From positions 1 through 58,615 of IMG/VR virus record IMGVR_UViG_3300024255_000031: a stretch of 58,615 nt of DNA; one strand, given 5' to 3'. Positions within the stretch are counted from its first letter, which is position 1. The number at the start of each line of letters is the position of its first letter. The notes below the pieces were generated by a model. The model did not search any database. It was not told where the DNA came from and was given only the letters and a program-made list of their open reading frames with translations. This stretch comes from a virus. Lineage: Duplodnaviria; Caudoviricetes. A program made the position numbers and the translations under genes. Of the stretch, positions 11,401 through 21,853 are shown piece after piece.

Positions 11401-13174
11401 CATTCAAACAACACAATCAAATAGCAATTTAGAATTACGTGCTAACGGCACAGGTGTAGTATATATTCCTAGCAATAATGTTGTAATTGACGAAGACTTA
11501 ACTGTTGCAGGATCTACAAGTTTACAAGATGTAGCCATTCAAGGCACACTAACACAAGTTGGTAATACAACACAAACTGGTAATATTAATTTAACTGGCG
11601 ACTTTGGCATTACAGGTAATATTACAGTTTCGAGTACAGCGCAGTTTGAAGATATTAAAATTGAAGATAACTTTATTACTACTACCGAATCAAACAGCGA
11701 CTTAGATTTACGTGCTACAGAGTACGGTGTTATATCTATTCCAAATAACGATGTACAAATTAATAACAACTTAAATGTTGTAGGTACAACTACAGTAAAT
11801 AATTTAATCGTTAACGAAACTGTAACATCAAACACATACACAACAGGCGATTTATTACTAGATGACAACTTCATTACAACAACACAAAGTAATTCAAACT
11901 TAGAATTGCGTGCTAATGGTGTTGGTGAAGTTTACGTACCAACAAACGATGTTGTAATTGAACAAAACTTAACAGTTAACGGTAGCACAACATTAAAAGA
12001 TACTAACATTGTTGGTAATATTACACATACTGGCGATGTAACACAAGTAGGTGATATTACACTGACAGGGAACTTAGATGTTGACGGCGATGTAATTATT
12101 AGTGCAACTGTTGTTCAGTTTGAAGATATTCAAGTTAGTGGTAACAAAATTACTACTTCGCTGTCTGATTCAAATCTAGAACTTCGTGCTAACGGATTAG
12201 GTAAAATTTACGTTCCGTCTAATGATGTTGTAATTGAACAAAATTTAACAGTTAACGGAACAATTACAGTTAATAATATCACTAGCACTGGAACAATTTC
12301 GGCAAACAGTTTCACAACTGGCGATATCTTAATAGATGATAATTTTATCACAACAACAACTAGTAACAGTGATTTAGAATTGCGTGCTAATGGCACCGGT
12401 AATATTATTGTTGATGAGTTTAGTATTAATAACAACACTATTACTAGCCAAAATGACTTTGTTATTCAGCCAGGCAGTGGAATTTTAAACATTACTGCTA
12501 CAGGAGCATTAAAACTTCCAACAGGCACAACATTAGATCGCCCGACTGCTGTTGCAGGACAAATTCGTTACAATACAGATTTATCACGCTTTGAAGGGTA
12601 CAACGGAACTAACTGGATTAACTTAAAGGGCGTAGAAGATCTAGACGGAGATACTAAAGTAACTGCTGAATTATCAGAAGGATCTAATGACGGAGTAATA
12701 CGCTTCGACGTACAAGGATCGACTGTTGTTACAATAAATGGTACAGCCCTTACAGCACCTAGGGCTGATGTAGGCAATATTCGTATCGACAACAACGTTA
12801 TTGAAACTACAACAGCAGACACCGATTTAAATCTAAGAGCAAATGGAACAGGAAGTGTTAAGTTTGATAACTTTGCATTCAGCGAAAACACAATAACTAA
12901 CACAGTTACTGACAGCGTAACAGTTTTTCAAAATACAGGTGACGGATATGTTAAATTTGACGGACCTTATGGTATTGTGTTACCGTCAGGCGGCACAGGA
13001 TCTAGACCGCCATTTGGACTTACTGAAATAGGTCAGACAAGATATAATACTGACGACGAACGTGTAGAAATTTGGGACGGGTCAAACTGGGTTTCAGTTG
13101 CTGGAGCAGCATCAGGCATTACACGAAGTGACGCAGAAGAAATTGCACTATCAACAGTGCTAGTATTAGGATAA
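8453..13174 (+). CDS. Giant repeat-containing fibre/baseplate-associated protein, 1573 aa
   Basis: GAGGAG RBS. N-terminus MAVGRISGPLL.. nearly identical to the upstream paralog. Beta-helix-like domain and ~10 I.DN.I.TT.SNSDLELRANGTG repeats. Confidence 0.7.
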   Translation: MAVGRISGPLLKSNLIRNGIDLAFETDLLYLDVNNQRVGIQTATPQYELDVSGNTRTTNLIVTDRADLADITVEGNTISTTQPFLNLATLDTVVALNKIRIDSIDIEGNAITTNDSNANLELRPNGTGAVNVHSDLNVDGNIYASGNITADGNITIGDADTDNVIFNADVSSNIIPDVDDVYALGSDPEAGGKQWNDVWVNNLRASSLVVSDSLDVGNIDFTLTHGNTYYVAENGDDTHVGDHFFDPFASVKHALSVAVAGDTILISPGVYTEEFPLTVPAGVTVRGEGIRAVTIEPTVATNTNDAFLLDGETTVEELTITGFYSPGYAFKYATGYTATSRSPYIRNVTVITEGSVTSPTDPRGFNEGDAGSGVFLDGSVASSSSVNTALLFHSVTFITPGVDAVVLTNGARVEWLNSFTYFANRSMYAYDGTTGRRGTGKTKLTLSGITGTFTQGNTLTITSADASTVLTGTIDSVDGSDVYVSNYLDLDGFDLTPQSITDGTATATTIDSFDLRDFGAEVRLIASASVYGNFGLVGQGPGVIMYAIGHNLAYIGNGKEVTNDPNTVIQANEIVETESAKIRYNSVDHKGDFRIGDLFYVNQETGNVQFAVSDFEINTENGVTFNTNGDTTFIDGTKVETGDWRFSGNTVETLTQDANFAGGSGTVNLNSDVNVTGSLDVTGNVTIGGNVTIGDEATDTIQIVAGIDSDINPKDASTYSLGTSSKTWKNLFVDTINLDNITITDNYIATTQSNSDLELRANGTGEIYVSSNNVQIDNNLTVSGVTTLANTNITGTIAHVGDYVQTGNYTIAGTISNGDIQIAGNVIETTTSNSDLELRANGTGEIYVPTNDVQVDNNLTVSGVTDLQNTNITGTITHVGDAVQTGDTSITGNVTVTQDLDVTGTAQFEEILVDDNYITTTTSNADLELRATGTGEILIPNNDVQIVNDLTVDNDINANNLTTPGLITANSFTTGDIVIDDNFIQTTQSNSNLELRANGTGVVYIPSNNVVIDEDLTVAGSTSLQDVAIQGTLTQVGNTTQTGNINLTGDFGITGNITVSSTAQFEDIKIEDNFITTTESNSDLDLRATEYGVISIPNNDVQINNNLNVVGTTTVNNLIVNETVTSNTYTTGDLLLDDNFITTTQSNSNLELRANGVGEVYVPTNDVVIEQNLTVNGSTTLKDTNIVGNITHTGDVTQVGDITLTGNLDVDGDVIISATVVQFEDIQVSGNKITTSLSDSNLELRANGLGKIYVPSNDVVIEQNLTVNGTITVNNITSTGTISANSFTTGDILIDDNFITTTTSNSDLELRANGTGNIIVDEFSINNNTITSQNDFVIQPGSGILNITATGALKLPTGTTLDRPTAVAGQIRYNTDLSRFEGYNGTNWINLKGVEDLDGDTKVTAELSEGSNDGVIRFDVQGSTVVTINGTALTAPRADVGNIRIDNNVIETTTADTDLNLRANGTGSVKFDNFAFSENTITNTVTDSVTVFQNTGDGYVKFDGPYGIVLPSGGTGSRPPFGLTEIGQTRYNTDDERVEIWDGSNWVSVAGAASGITRSDAEEIALSTVLVLG

Positions 13175-13178
13175 AAAC

Positions 13179-13508
13179 ATGGCAACAACATTTAAAAATA
13201 GAGTAGTGCCGCAAGTAGGCATAGCAAGAACAGAAGTACTAGCAACTAATGAAAACGCTAGAGTTACTGTAGTTGGATTTAGTTTAGCTAATTTAACTGA
13301 AGGTGTTATATTAGTTGACATTGAATTACAAGACGAAGACAGTGCAATAGGATATTATGCAAAAGAAATGATTATTCCGCCAAATACAAGTTTGCGTGTA
13401 TTAAACGGCGGCGAAAAATTAATCTTAACTCCGCGAAATAATTTATATGTGTCGGCAAATGTCGACAACAGTGTAGATTGTATCTTAAGTACAGTAGAAA
13501 TATTATAA
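13179..13508 (+). CDS. Small beta-sandwich-like virion protein
   Basis: GFSLANL...IIPPNTSL...GGEKLIL. Paralog of 2175 and 33950. Confidence 0.55.
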   Translation: MATTFKNRVVPQVGIARTEVLATNENARVTVVGFSLANLTEGVILVDIELQDEDSAIGYYAKEMIIPPNTSLRVLNGGEKLILTPRNNLYVSANVDNSVDCILSTVEIL

Positions 13509-13518
13509 GGAAAAGCTA

Positions 13519-13962
13519 ATGGCATCAACACATTATGTAGGACAAACTCCAAGCATTACCGAATTACTAGGTACAGGTCAACCTAGATATTTCTACGCAC
13601 TTCGTAGAACAGATGACGGTACACTATTTTTTGCTAAAATTGATCAGTTAAAAGATGCTGACTCGATTACAGTAAACAACCCAGGTGCATCAGCAGACGA
13701 CTTTGTAGAATTTGAATATGGTGTTAACTTTTTCGACGGGCGTTTAGAAGAAGATCATAGTCGCCCATTTACAAACTTACAGTGGGATCAGTACCGCTGG
13801 GATAATAAAAATATGTATTACTATGTAAACGATAACGGCGAGCTTGTAGTTAGAATTAATCAATCATTTACTTACGATCCAACTCAGATTGTTATAAATT
13901 CTGACACTGGAGAAACACAGGCAGATGCCGATAATGGAAATAATAATGGTGGCAGCTATTAA
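13519..13962 (+). CDS. Hypothetical virion protein, 147 aa
   Basis: AAGGA RBS, in-operon ORF. Function not recognised. Confidence 0.55.
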   Translation: MASTHYVGQTPSITELLGTGQPRYFYALRRTDDGTLFFAKIDQLKDADSITVNNPGASADDFVEFEYGVNFFDGRLEEDHSRPFTNLQWDQYRWDNKNMYYYVNDNGELVVRINQSFTYDPTQIVINSDTGETQADADNGNNNGGSY

Positions 13963-13970
13963 AATAAATA
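13963..13970 (+). promoter_or_regulatory. Late promoter-like motif AATAAATA
   Basis: Intergenic variant of the recurrent octamer, upstream of the GAGGA RBS of the 2616-aa gene. Confidence 0.5.
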
Positions 13971-13994
13971 TGTTAGATAATCGAGGAACGCATA

Positions 13995-16900
13995 ATGTCA
14001 GAATTTAAAATTAGTAGATTGCGCTTTAGCTGGGCAGGCCCATGGAGAGATCAAACTTTCTTCAACAAAGACGAAATTATTCAGTTTAACGGTAAAGCGT
14101 ATGTTTGCTTAATCCCCCATACATCAAATAATTTTTATAACGATTTAGGTGCAGCAGAACCTAGATGGGAATTGATGATGACTGGCCAAACATGGAAAGG
14201 CCCATGGGAACCGTTAACACAGTATGCATTAGATAACATTGTAATTTTTGGTGGTATTGTGTACAAATGTAACGAACAACACCTTAGCGGAGCAGTGCTT
14301 GATTTAGATATTGACAAGTGGGACGTTTATGCGGAGTCTAAAACTTGGGCAAGTGAATGGACATCAAGTACTACATACGGTGTAGGTAGCATTGTGAACT
14401 ACGGCGGCTCTGTTTACGAATGTATTGTATCACACGTATCAGCTGCTACTGACTTAGAAGGGTTAGAAGCAGATTACACAGATGTAGAAGACAGTACAGA
14501 AAAATATTGGAAATTATTACAATACGGTGTATCTTGGAGAGGCGTGTATGCTACTGACTCAGAAGATAGCAGTCAGCTTCGTTATAAACTAAATGACATT
14601 GTAAAATACGGACCAAGTTTGTACCGTTGTATTTGGGGTCATGCTCCAAGTGCTGAATTTGTAGACTTTGCAGACAGTACAGAGTTATACGAAACATTTA
14701 TTAGTGAATATTGGGAAGAATGGCTACCTGGTTTAGACTTTGACGGCGTATACGATGCTAATGCAATTTACCAACCAGGCGATGTTGTACAGTACGGTGG
14801 ATACTTATTCCAATCTAAAGTTATTAACAATATCGGAAATACTCCGTCAACAAATTACGGCGATGATTCTACCGATGCTTGGGAACTAATTACAGAAGCA
14901 TATGAAATTTCAGGACAATGGTCAACTGATAACGAATATAAAGTAGGTAATGTAGTCAGATACGGTGGCGACTTATATGTTGCACTTATTGACAGCATTA
15001 GCGAAAATCCTGGTAACTTTACAGTACAAGCACCGTATGAAGCAGAAGATTCAAGCGGTACACGTATACAAATTAACTTAGGCGATTCAGTTGCATCAGA
15101 TTTAATTACAGTTGGTATGACTGTTACTGGCGAAGGATTTAGTAGAGGTCAGACTGTTGAGTCAGTTAGCTATGACGATGACTCAACTAATGCAACAATG
15201 TATGCTACAATTATTCTTAACGAAGCACCAGACGGTCCTATTTCAGATGAAGCAGTATTAACGTTCTCAGGTGCAAGAACTGGAATTTGGGAACTATTAA
15301 TTCCTGGATTCAATTGGGAAGGACAATGGAGCGAAAGTACACTTTATAACCTCGATGATATAATTTATTGGAAAAATGCAACATATAAGTGTGTTTTAGA
15401 ACATACATCGTCTCTAGTATCTAGACCAGATAATGATTTACAAAATGCATATTGGGTAATCTATTTACAACACGATCAAAGAAACAGTTTAAACTCTTTT
15501 GGGCAAACAATTGTGTTTGACGGCGAAAATAATTCCCCTTTAGAAACTGGTGCTGACGGCAACGTTCTTAAAGTTGTTGACGGTCTTCCTACTTGGAGCG
15601 ACATTGACTTTACACCAAACGTGTATTATGTTGCAACAAACGGCGAAGACTTACCAACTAACGGTACTACGCCTGATACAGCATGGAAATCGATTAAGTA
15701 TGCATGTGAGCGTGTTAAGCTAGGCACATTGCGCCAAAATGCAAAACTACTACTTGAGAATAATAAAGATTGGGTTGTTGAGCAAACATTTTATTGGTTC
15801 TTATATCAGCAAAATCAAAATGTTGCTCCATTTGATAGCTCCTACAATTTTGATAATGATAAAACAATACGTGATTCGCAACTAGTTATAGATGCTGTTG
15901 TCCGTGACTTAAAGCGCGGAGGCAACGCACAAACTGTTAGAGCAGCACTATCTTACTTTAACACAGAAAGCACAAATAGATTTACTAATGATACAGTTGC
16001 AGAGCAAGCAGAGTTTTTTGCATCATTCTTTGTTGAATTATTTAATAACATTGAATTGGCACTTACAAATACGGCTCCTGCACAAGACTACCGAATATTA
16101 GAAAATGTTGAAAATCCTATTCCTCAGTACTTTAACAGTGGTTTAGTACTTGAAGATGATGCACTTACATTTACTGGTGCTTTAGAAAATATTTTAGTTC
16201 GTCCATTCTTAGACGGATCGCCTTCAAGCATTCCTCCTGAAAATCAAGGAACTTACTCGACAATTAATATTAAATCAGGTACTTATAACGAACGTCTACC
16301 TATTAAAATGCCACCTAACACTGCACTAAACGGCGACGAACTACGTGGTACAACTGTACAACCTGCTGCGCCAATTAATACATTATGTACAAGAACGTTT
16401 GGATTTATTAATCAATTTGTAGTTGGTTCAACACTTAATATGGAACACAACTCTCCAGTACAGTTTGTATCACTTAATCCAGTTGAAGAAATTAGTACAG
16501 TGATCGGTGATGTGATTCCTGGCAAGACATACTATGTAGTCGGAAGCAGTATTACAGAGACTACAATCAGTGTAGCAGAAGAACTAGACGGCGAAGTAGT
16601 TGCACTAACAACTAACATCGGTGCAATGTATGTATACGGCGGTGAAGCACTTGGAGATATGATTCAAGTAACTAACGACTGCGGTGTACGTAATATGACA
16701 CTTAAAGGGTTACTAGGTACACTATCTGTAGAAAATGAATTTTTAACAAGACGTCCAACAGGTGGTGCATATGTAGGTTTTGATCCAGGCACTGGACCGG
16801 ACGATACTACTACTTGGATTACAGCACGTTCTCCGTATATTCAAAACGTTACTACATTTGGTAAAGGTTGTACTGGTTGTAAAATTGATAGTACAATACA

Positions 16901-19900
16901 CAATGGTGGTAACCGCTCAATGGTGTCAAACGACTTTACACAAATTATATCTGACGGTATTGGTATTTGGTGTACAGGCGGCGATTCATTAACAGAATGT
17001 GTATCTGTGTTCTCATACTACAACTATGCAGGTTACTTTGCAGAAGACGGTGGACGTATTCGTGCTACAAATGGTAACTCATCTTATGGTACATTTGGTT
17101 GTGTTGCAGAAGGTTTTGCTATTGACGAAATTCCAGCAACTGGTAACGTAGACAACAGAGACAATGATGCTATTGCATTACCTGTATCTGCACTTGGTGC
17201 AAACTCAGAAGTATTAAAACTACAATACAAACATGCAGGTGAAGAATATTATACTGATACAACTAATTTGCTAAAGCATTCAAACAGTTTATTGTCATCA
17301 AATTTACCAGACGAGTATTGGCAAACAGACAGTAACGTCAGTATTGTACGTGCAAATACAACTCCGTACGAAGGAGAATTTGCCTGGAAAATTACAGCAA
17401 ATACGTCATTAACAGATAGTTCGTATATCTTCCAAGACATCGAAGTGTCACCGCAAGGTAGAACTTATACTAATATTGCAGGTACCAATGTTAGTGGTTC
17501 TGGTATTGATGCTACTTTTAACGTTACTGTAACTAGTACAGCGTACGAAGTTACTATAAATAATTCAGGTTCAGGCTATGTTATTGGAAACGAAATACAG
17601 TTAGATGGTAGAAACTTTGGTGGTAGAAGTCCAGAAAACGATATTACCATTCAAGTAGACAATCTAAGTATTACTGCAATTTCTCAGATAAGTCACTCGG
17701 GCACAGTACCTGCAGGGTCGGATTTAGAATACACAGTAAGTTTACATGTAAAGCAAGGCAATACAAGTTATATTGACTTATATAATATCTTTTCAGGGTT
17801 TAGTGAAGAAACAACATCTGTAAGATTTAATTTTGCTACTGAAGAAATTACAACTCCATTAAATTTAGCAGGTGATGCACTAGTATCAAATTTACAAGCA
17901 AACTTCTTAGACGACGGGTGGTGGAGATTACAGTATACAATACATGACACAAGTGCGCAAAATACTCAGCTAGAATTTAGGATATATCCACGTGGTATTG
18001 ACGGCCTTACTGGGTATACTAACATATACGGAGCACAGGTAGAAATTAGCAATACTATGTCATTTTTCTTAGAAACTTTTGAGAATACTCCGACAGCGCA
18101 TGCAAACATAAACATACAAGGCGCAGGACAAGGTGCAAGTATAAATGCCGACGAATTACGATCAGGTTCTATCTATCAAACAAGAATATTAGAAAGTAAT
18201 GTTATCAGAAAAGGCGGATTAGGTTATAATTTCCAATCAAACAACGCTCAGGGCGGCAATACCGAATACTTAGTTTTAGCACAATCAGAAGTTTCTACAG
18301 CGGCAGAATACGAAGGCATGCGCTTAACTGTTTCGTCAGGTAAAGGTGCTGGACAATACGGCATTGTTTCTAGTTACAACGAAATAACTAAATTTGCTAA
18401 CGTAACTAAAGAATCATTTGGACAGCAAGAAGTTGTTGCAGCTGATTCAACAACAAATAGACTGTTGCTAGGCTCAGGTGCAGATTTCCACAGACTGTAT
18501 GAAAATCAAGTAATTACATTTACTCCAACAGTTTATAATATCGATGTACTATCCAGTTCACAAAGTCAAATACAAGTACTTGGAACACGTGGCGATCAAA
18601 ATAATCGTATGATTGTTGAGAGTACAGAACGATTGCGTGTAGGACAAAAAATTAACTTTAGCGGACCGGTATTTGGCGGAGTTATTGAAAACTTTGATTA
18701 CTATATCATTGATGTAGTTGATGATGCAGAAATACAAATTTCTACATCCTTAGGCGGCGGAGTTTGGCCACTATCTAATGTTAACATTGAAGATGCAGTC
18801 GAAGAATTTCAAGGATACGATCTGTTTACGTTAAACTATCCAGACGGTACATCTTTCCTTGAAGCAAGTACAACTGATAACATGCAAGTTACATTGCCCA
18901 TTCAGTTCACTGGTAGAAGTATTGGCGGAATTGAATTAGGTGACACATACTATATTCACGATGTTTATGATAATAATAAGTTTTCAATATCAACGGCAAT
19001 ACGAAATGTAACAGTAACAGAAACAGACCCGGCAAATAATTCATTACTAATATCAGATACTTCTGTATTAACGCCACTTGACGCAATTATTTTTAAGTCA
19101 GGTACATTAGGCGGTATACAAGAAAAAAGAAGATACTACATCAATGACATTATTGACGGCACTAAGTTTACATTATCAAGTGATGTAATTTTAAGAACTG
19201 CAACTACTACCGAAGCAATTACAAACCTAATTACAGTTGATAGTACTGCTGGATTTACTGTTGGTAGTCCAATTATGTTTACTGGTATTACTTTTGGTGA
19301 AATTGAGAATGACACAGTTTACTTTATTCAGGTTATCAACGATGCTACATCGTTTACAATCTCTGCTACAGAAGGCGGTGCAGCAGTACCGTTAACTACA
19401 GCAACTGGCGAAGTAATTGTAAGAACAGCAATAGACGAAGTTATTGTTACTAGCGAAGTAGGAACATCGCTAGGAACATTGCCGGGCGGAAAAGAAGATC
19501 TTGAAGCAGGGCGCGATATAATGGAAGCTTCTTTCTTTACTGAAGTGTTTGGCGGAATTGAGCTAGGTACTAACTATTATGTTCTTGAAACTATCGATCT
19601 TGGGTCAATATATGAAGTAACAATTACGGACAGTGACGGAGGAGTTGTAGAATTTGCACTCGATAATGAAACTGGTTCTATGCAAATTAATGCAGTAGGT
19701 TGGGATCATATTAACCCAGGCACACCGCCAGTGGGAGCATTTGACTCTACATCTGTATATCAAATTACTCCTAGAATAGAATTTGACGCACCTCCATTTT
19801 ATCAAGAAGAAATGACAGGTATTCCAACTGAGGGATTCAATGCAATAACTATTATTTCAAACGGATTTCTACCACTCGCAATACCAAGATACGGAGAAGA

Positions 19901-21845
19901 GCTATATTCGACAACAGAGTACACTGCATGGGATTTATCAATTAATTTGCCTATAAATGGCGAAGCGGTTACTTTAGAAAATCCAGATGCAAACGGCGGC
20001 TGGGTTGATGGTACATACGGTAACGGTTGCTGGTTTATACTTTCAGAAACTGGCAAAGATTGTTTATATTCAGTATCAGATGGACTAACATGGTTAAGTG
20101 TTGATTTACCGCCACTTGGCGCAGGAACTTATCAAAAAGTACAGTACGGTAATGGTGTGTTTATTGCTATTGCCAACGGCGAACAAGAATTTGCATATTC
20201 GACTAATAATTGCTCAACTTGGACAACAGTAAACGTAACAGTAGCACCTGCTAATGACTATAGAGATATTGCATACGGAAAAGAAATATTTGTTGCAATT
20301 GACGGCTCTAGTAATGGGGCAGTTGTGTCAACTGATAACGGCGAAACTTGGCTAGAAACTGAGATAGACCCTAGCGAAGATTCAACAGCCAACAACTGGA
20401 GAACAGTTAAGTATGGTAACGGACGCTTTGTTGCAGTTTCTGAAGATGATCGTCCAGCAGCATACAGCTTTGACGGAGTTACTTGGTACAGCTCAACTAC
20501 TAATGTTAGCGGTACTGCACTAGAATACGGACAGGGTGTTTTTGTTGTAATTAACAACGAAGCTGGCATTTGTTGCACATCGTATGACGGACTGCAATGG
20601 GATGTACAACCTCTAATTACAGAATCAAACTACCAGAGAATTGGATTTACATTCTCTGCAGATACTAAACAAGGTTGGTTCTTGACACTAGACGAAACTG
20701 GACAAATAGCTAACAAAATTTCAGCAGGTGCTAAAGCACAAGCATTTGCAAGTGTAACTAACCAATCGCTGACAGAAATTAATATGTTCGAACCAGGATC
20801 AGGGTATACAGACGACAGTTTTGGTCCAGAAATTACAATTACTGACCCTAATAACTCAGAAGAAGCAATTACTGATTTGCGTATAGGCAACGGTACATTA
20901 GGTGCTCCGAGCTTTATAAACTTTGGTACTGGATATAATACAACGTCTACTGGCATATCGTTACGTGGTAGCGGCTTCTCAGATCAATTCCAAGAAGGGC
21001 TGCGATTAATTGCAAAAAATATTACACGTTTCCCTGCACCGGGTGATAACTTACAATTTGAAGGTAATCCTGAAGTATATCGTGTTGCAACTGCAACACC
21101 GCTAAGAGGCACAACAACACCAAATTTAGAAGCAGTGATTCAACTGAGTCCATCAGTTGCTCAAGCAGATTCGCCAATCCACGATACACCATTTACTATA
21201 CGTAGTAAATTTAGTCAAGTACGATTAACAAATCATGACTTCCTAAACATTGGTTTTGGTAACGAACAACAGTCTAACTATCCTGACTTACCTGAAACTA
21301 CAGGGCTTGAACCGCAAGATGAAATTCAAGAAACAAACAACGGGCGAGTGTTCTACTCAAGTACAGACCAAGATGGTAACTTCCGTGTTGGTGACTTGTT
21401 TGCGGTTGAACAGGCAACTGGTATTGTTACGTTGAGTGCAGATGAATTTGGACTAGATGGACTAACAGAACTAGCAATTGGTGGTGTTGCACTTGGTGGC
21501 TCACCAGTAACAATTAATGCTTTCTCTACAGACGGAACGTTTGTTGCTAACTCAAATAACTTAGTTCCGACACAGAGAGCAATTAGAACATACTTGGCAA
21601 GTAGATTGAGCCAAGGTGGTGCAGATACGTTTACAGGCTTGCTACAAGCAGGTACTATTAAAGTAGGTGGACCAGATATTATTACATCCTCAGTACAAGA
21701 AGGTGGCGAAGGGTGGCAAGTTAAAATACCTACACTTGCTAACTTTGATGGACCATTTGGTAATAGCGGATGGGCCGGCGACGGGGTGGCATTATCTTAT
21801 TTCTTTAAGACACTTGTCGATCCTACACGCGGCGGACAACAATAA
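13995..21845 (+). CDS. Giant multidomain virion structural protein, 2616 aa
   Basis: N-terminal W.G.W...Y...D.V.YGG..Y.C repeats (CBM5/12-like), beta-helix-like region, propeller-like YGNGRFVA repeats, C-terminal SQVRLTNHDFL domain. Paralog of the 4017-aa protein. Confidence 0.7.
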   Translation: MSEFKISRLRFSWAGPWRDQTFFNKDEIIQFNGKAYVCLIPHTSNNFYNDLGAAEPRWELMMTGQTWKGPWEPLTQYALDNIVIFGGIVYKCNEQHLSGAVLDLDIDKWDVYAESKTWASEWTSSTTYGVGSIVNYGGSVYECIVSHVSAATDLEGLEADYTDVEDSTEKYWKLLQYGVSWRGVYATDSEDSSQLRYKLNDIVKYGPSLYRCIWGHAPSAEFVDFADSTELYETFISEYWEEWLPGLDFDGVYDANAIYQPGDVVQYGGYLFQSKVINNIGNTPSTNYGDDSTDAWELITEAYEISGQWSTDNEYKVGNVVRYGGDLYVALIDSISENPGNFTVQAPYEAEDSSGTRIQINLGDSVASDLITVGMTVTGEGFSRGQTVESVSYDDDSTNATMYATIILNEAPDGPISDEAVLTFSGARTGIWELLIPGFNWEGQWSESTLYNLDDIIYWKNATYKCVLEHTSSLVSRPDNDLQNAYWVIYLQHDQRNSLNSFGQTIVFDGENNSPLETGADGNVLKVVDGLPTWSDIDFTPNVYYVATNGEDLPTNGTTPDTAWKSIKYACERVKLGTLRQNAKLLLENNKDWVVEQTFYWFLYQQNQNVAPFDSSYNFDNDKTIRDSQLVIDAVVRDLKRGGNAQTVRAALSYFNTESTNRFTNDTVAEQAEFFASFFVELFNNIELALTNTAPAQDYRILENVENPIPQYFNSGLVLEDDALTFTGALENILVRPFLDGSPSSIPPENQGTYSTINIKSGTYNERLPIKMPPNTALNGDELRGTTVQPAAPINTLCTRTFGFINQFVVGSTLNMEHNSPVQFVSLNPVEEISTVIGDVIPGKTYYVVGSSITETTISVAEELDGEVVALTTNIGAMYVYGGEALGDMIQVTNDCGVRNMTLKGLLGTLSVENEFLTRRPTGGAYVGFDPGTGPDDTTTWITARSPYIQNVTTFGKGCTGCKIDSTIHNGGNRSMVSNDFTQIISDGIGIWCTGGDSLTECVSVFSYYNYAGYFAEDGGRIRATNGNSSYGTFGCVAEGFAIDEIPATGNVDNRDNDAIALPVSALGANSEVLKLQYKHAGEEYYTDTTNLLKHSNSLLSSNLPDEYWQTDSNVSIVRANTTPYEGEFAWKITANTSLTDSSYIFQDIEVSPQGRTYTNIAGTNVSGSGIDATFNVTVTSTAYEVTINNSGSGYVIGNEIQLDGRNFGGRSPENDITIQVDNLSITAISQISHSGTVPAGSDLEYTVSLHVKQGNTSYIDLYNIFSGFSEETTSVRFNFATEEITTPLNLAGDALVSNLQANFLDDGWWRLQYTIHDTSAQNTQLEFRIYPRGIDGLTGYTNIYGAQVEISNTMSFFLETFENTPTAHANINIQGAGQGASINADELRSGSIYQTRILESNVIRKGGLGYNFQSNNAQGGNTEYLVLAQSEVSTAAEYEGMRLTVSSGKGAGQYGIVSSYNEITKFANVTKESFGQQEVVAADSTTNRLLLGSGADFHRLYENQVITFTPTVYNIDVLSSSQSQIQVLGTRGDQNNRMIVESTERLRVGQKINFSGPVFGGVIENFDYYIIDVVDDAEIQISTSLGGGVWPLSNVNIEDAVEEFQGYDLFTLNYPDGTSFLEASTTDNMQVTLPIQFTGRSIGGIELGDTYYIHDVYDNNKFSISTAIRNVTVTETDPANNSLLISDTSVLTPLDAIIFKSGTLGGIQEKRRYYINDIIDGTKFTLSSDVILRTATTTEAITNLITVDSTAGFTVGSPIMFTGITFGEIENDTVYFIQVINDATSFTISATEGGAAVPLTTATGEVIVRTAIDEVIVTSEVGTSLGTLPGGKEDLEAGRDIMEASFFTEVFGGIELGTNYYVLETIDLGSIYEVTITDSDGGVVEFALDNETGSMQINAVGWDHINPGTPPVGAFDSTSVYQITPRIEFDAPPFYQEEMTGIPTEGFNAITIISNGFLPLAIPRYGEELYSTTEYTAWDLSINLPINGEAVTLENPDANGGWVDGTYGNGCWFILSETGKDCLYSVSDGLTWLSVDLPPLGAGTYQKVQYGNGVFIAIANGEQEFAYSTNNCSTWTTVNVTVAPANDYRDIAYGKEIFVAIDGSSNGAVVSTDNGETWLETEIDPSEDSTANNWRTVKYGNGRFVAVSEDDRPAAYSFDGVTWYSSTTNVSGTALEYGQGVFVVINNEAGICCTSYDGLQWDVQPLITESNYQRIGFTFSADTKQGWFLTLDETGQIANKISAGAKAQAFASVTNQSLTEINMFEPGSGYTDDSFGPEITITDPNNSEEAITDLRIGNGTLGAPSFINFGTGYNTTSTGISLRGSGFSDQFQEGLRLIAKNITRFPAPGDNLQFEGNPEVYRVATATPLRGTTTPNLEAVIQLSPSVAQADSPIHDTPFTIRSKFSQVRLTNHDFLNIGFGNEQQSNYPDLPETTGLEPQDEIQETNNGRVFYSSTDQDGNFRVGDLFAVEQATGIVTLSADEFGLDGLTELAIGGVALGGSPVTINAFSTDGTFVANSNNLVPTQRAIRTYLASRLSQGGADTFTGLLQAGTIKVGGPDIITSSVQEGGEGWQVKIPTLANFDGPFGNSGWAGDGVALSYFFKTLVDPTRGGQQ
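17052..17099 (+). repeat. 48-nt perfect direct repeat, copy 1 (copy 2 at 30356..30403)
   Basis: GGACGTATTCGTGCTACAAATGGTAACTCATCTTATGGTACATTTGGT is identical in both giant paralogs. Confidence 0.85.
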
Positions 21846-21853
21846 GATAAATA
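21846..21853 (+). promoter_or_regulatory. Late promoter-like motif GATAAATA
   Basis: Directly after the stop of the 2616-aa gene, upstream of the GGAG RBS of the 4017-aa gene. Confidence 0.65.

Noticed and set aside
10680-12860. CRISPR-like array suggested by recurring TTAGAATTGCGTGCTAATGG-type sequences
   Set aside because: Copies are degenerate, about 200 nt or more apart and in frame. They encode the LELRANG protein repeat.
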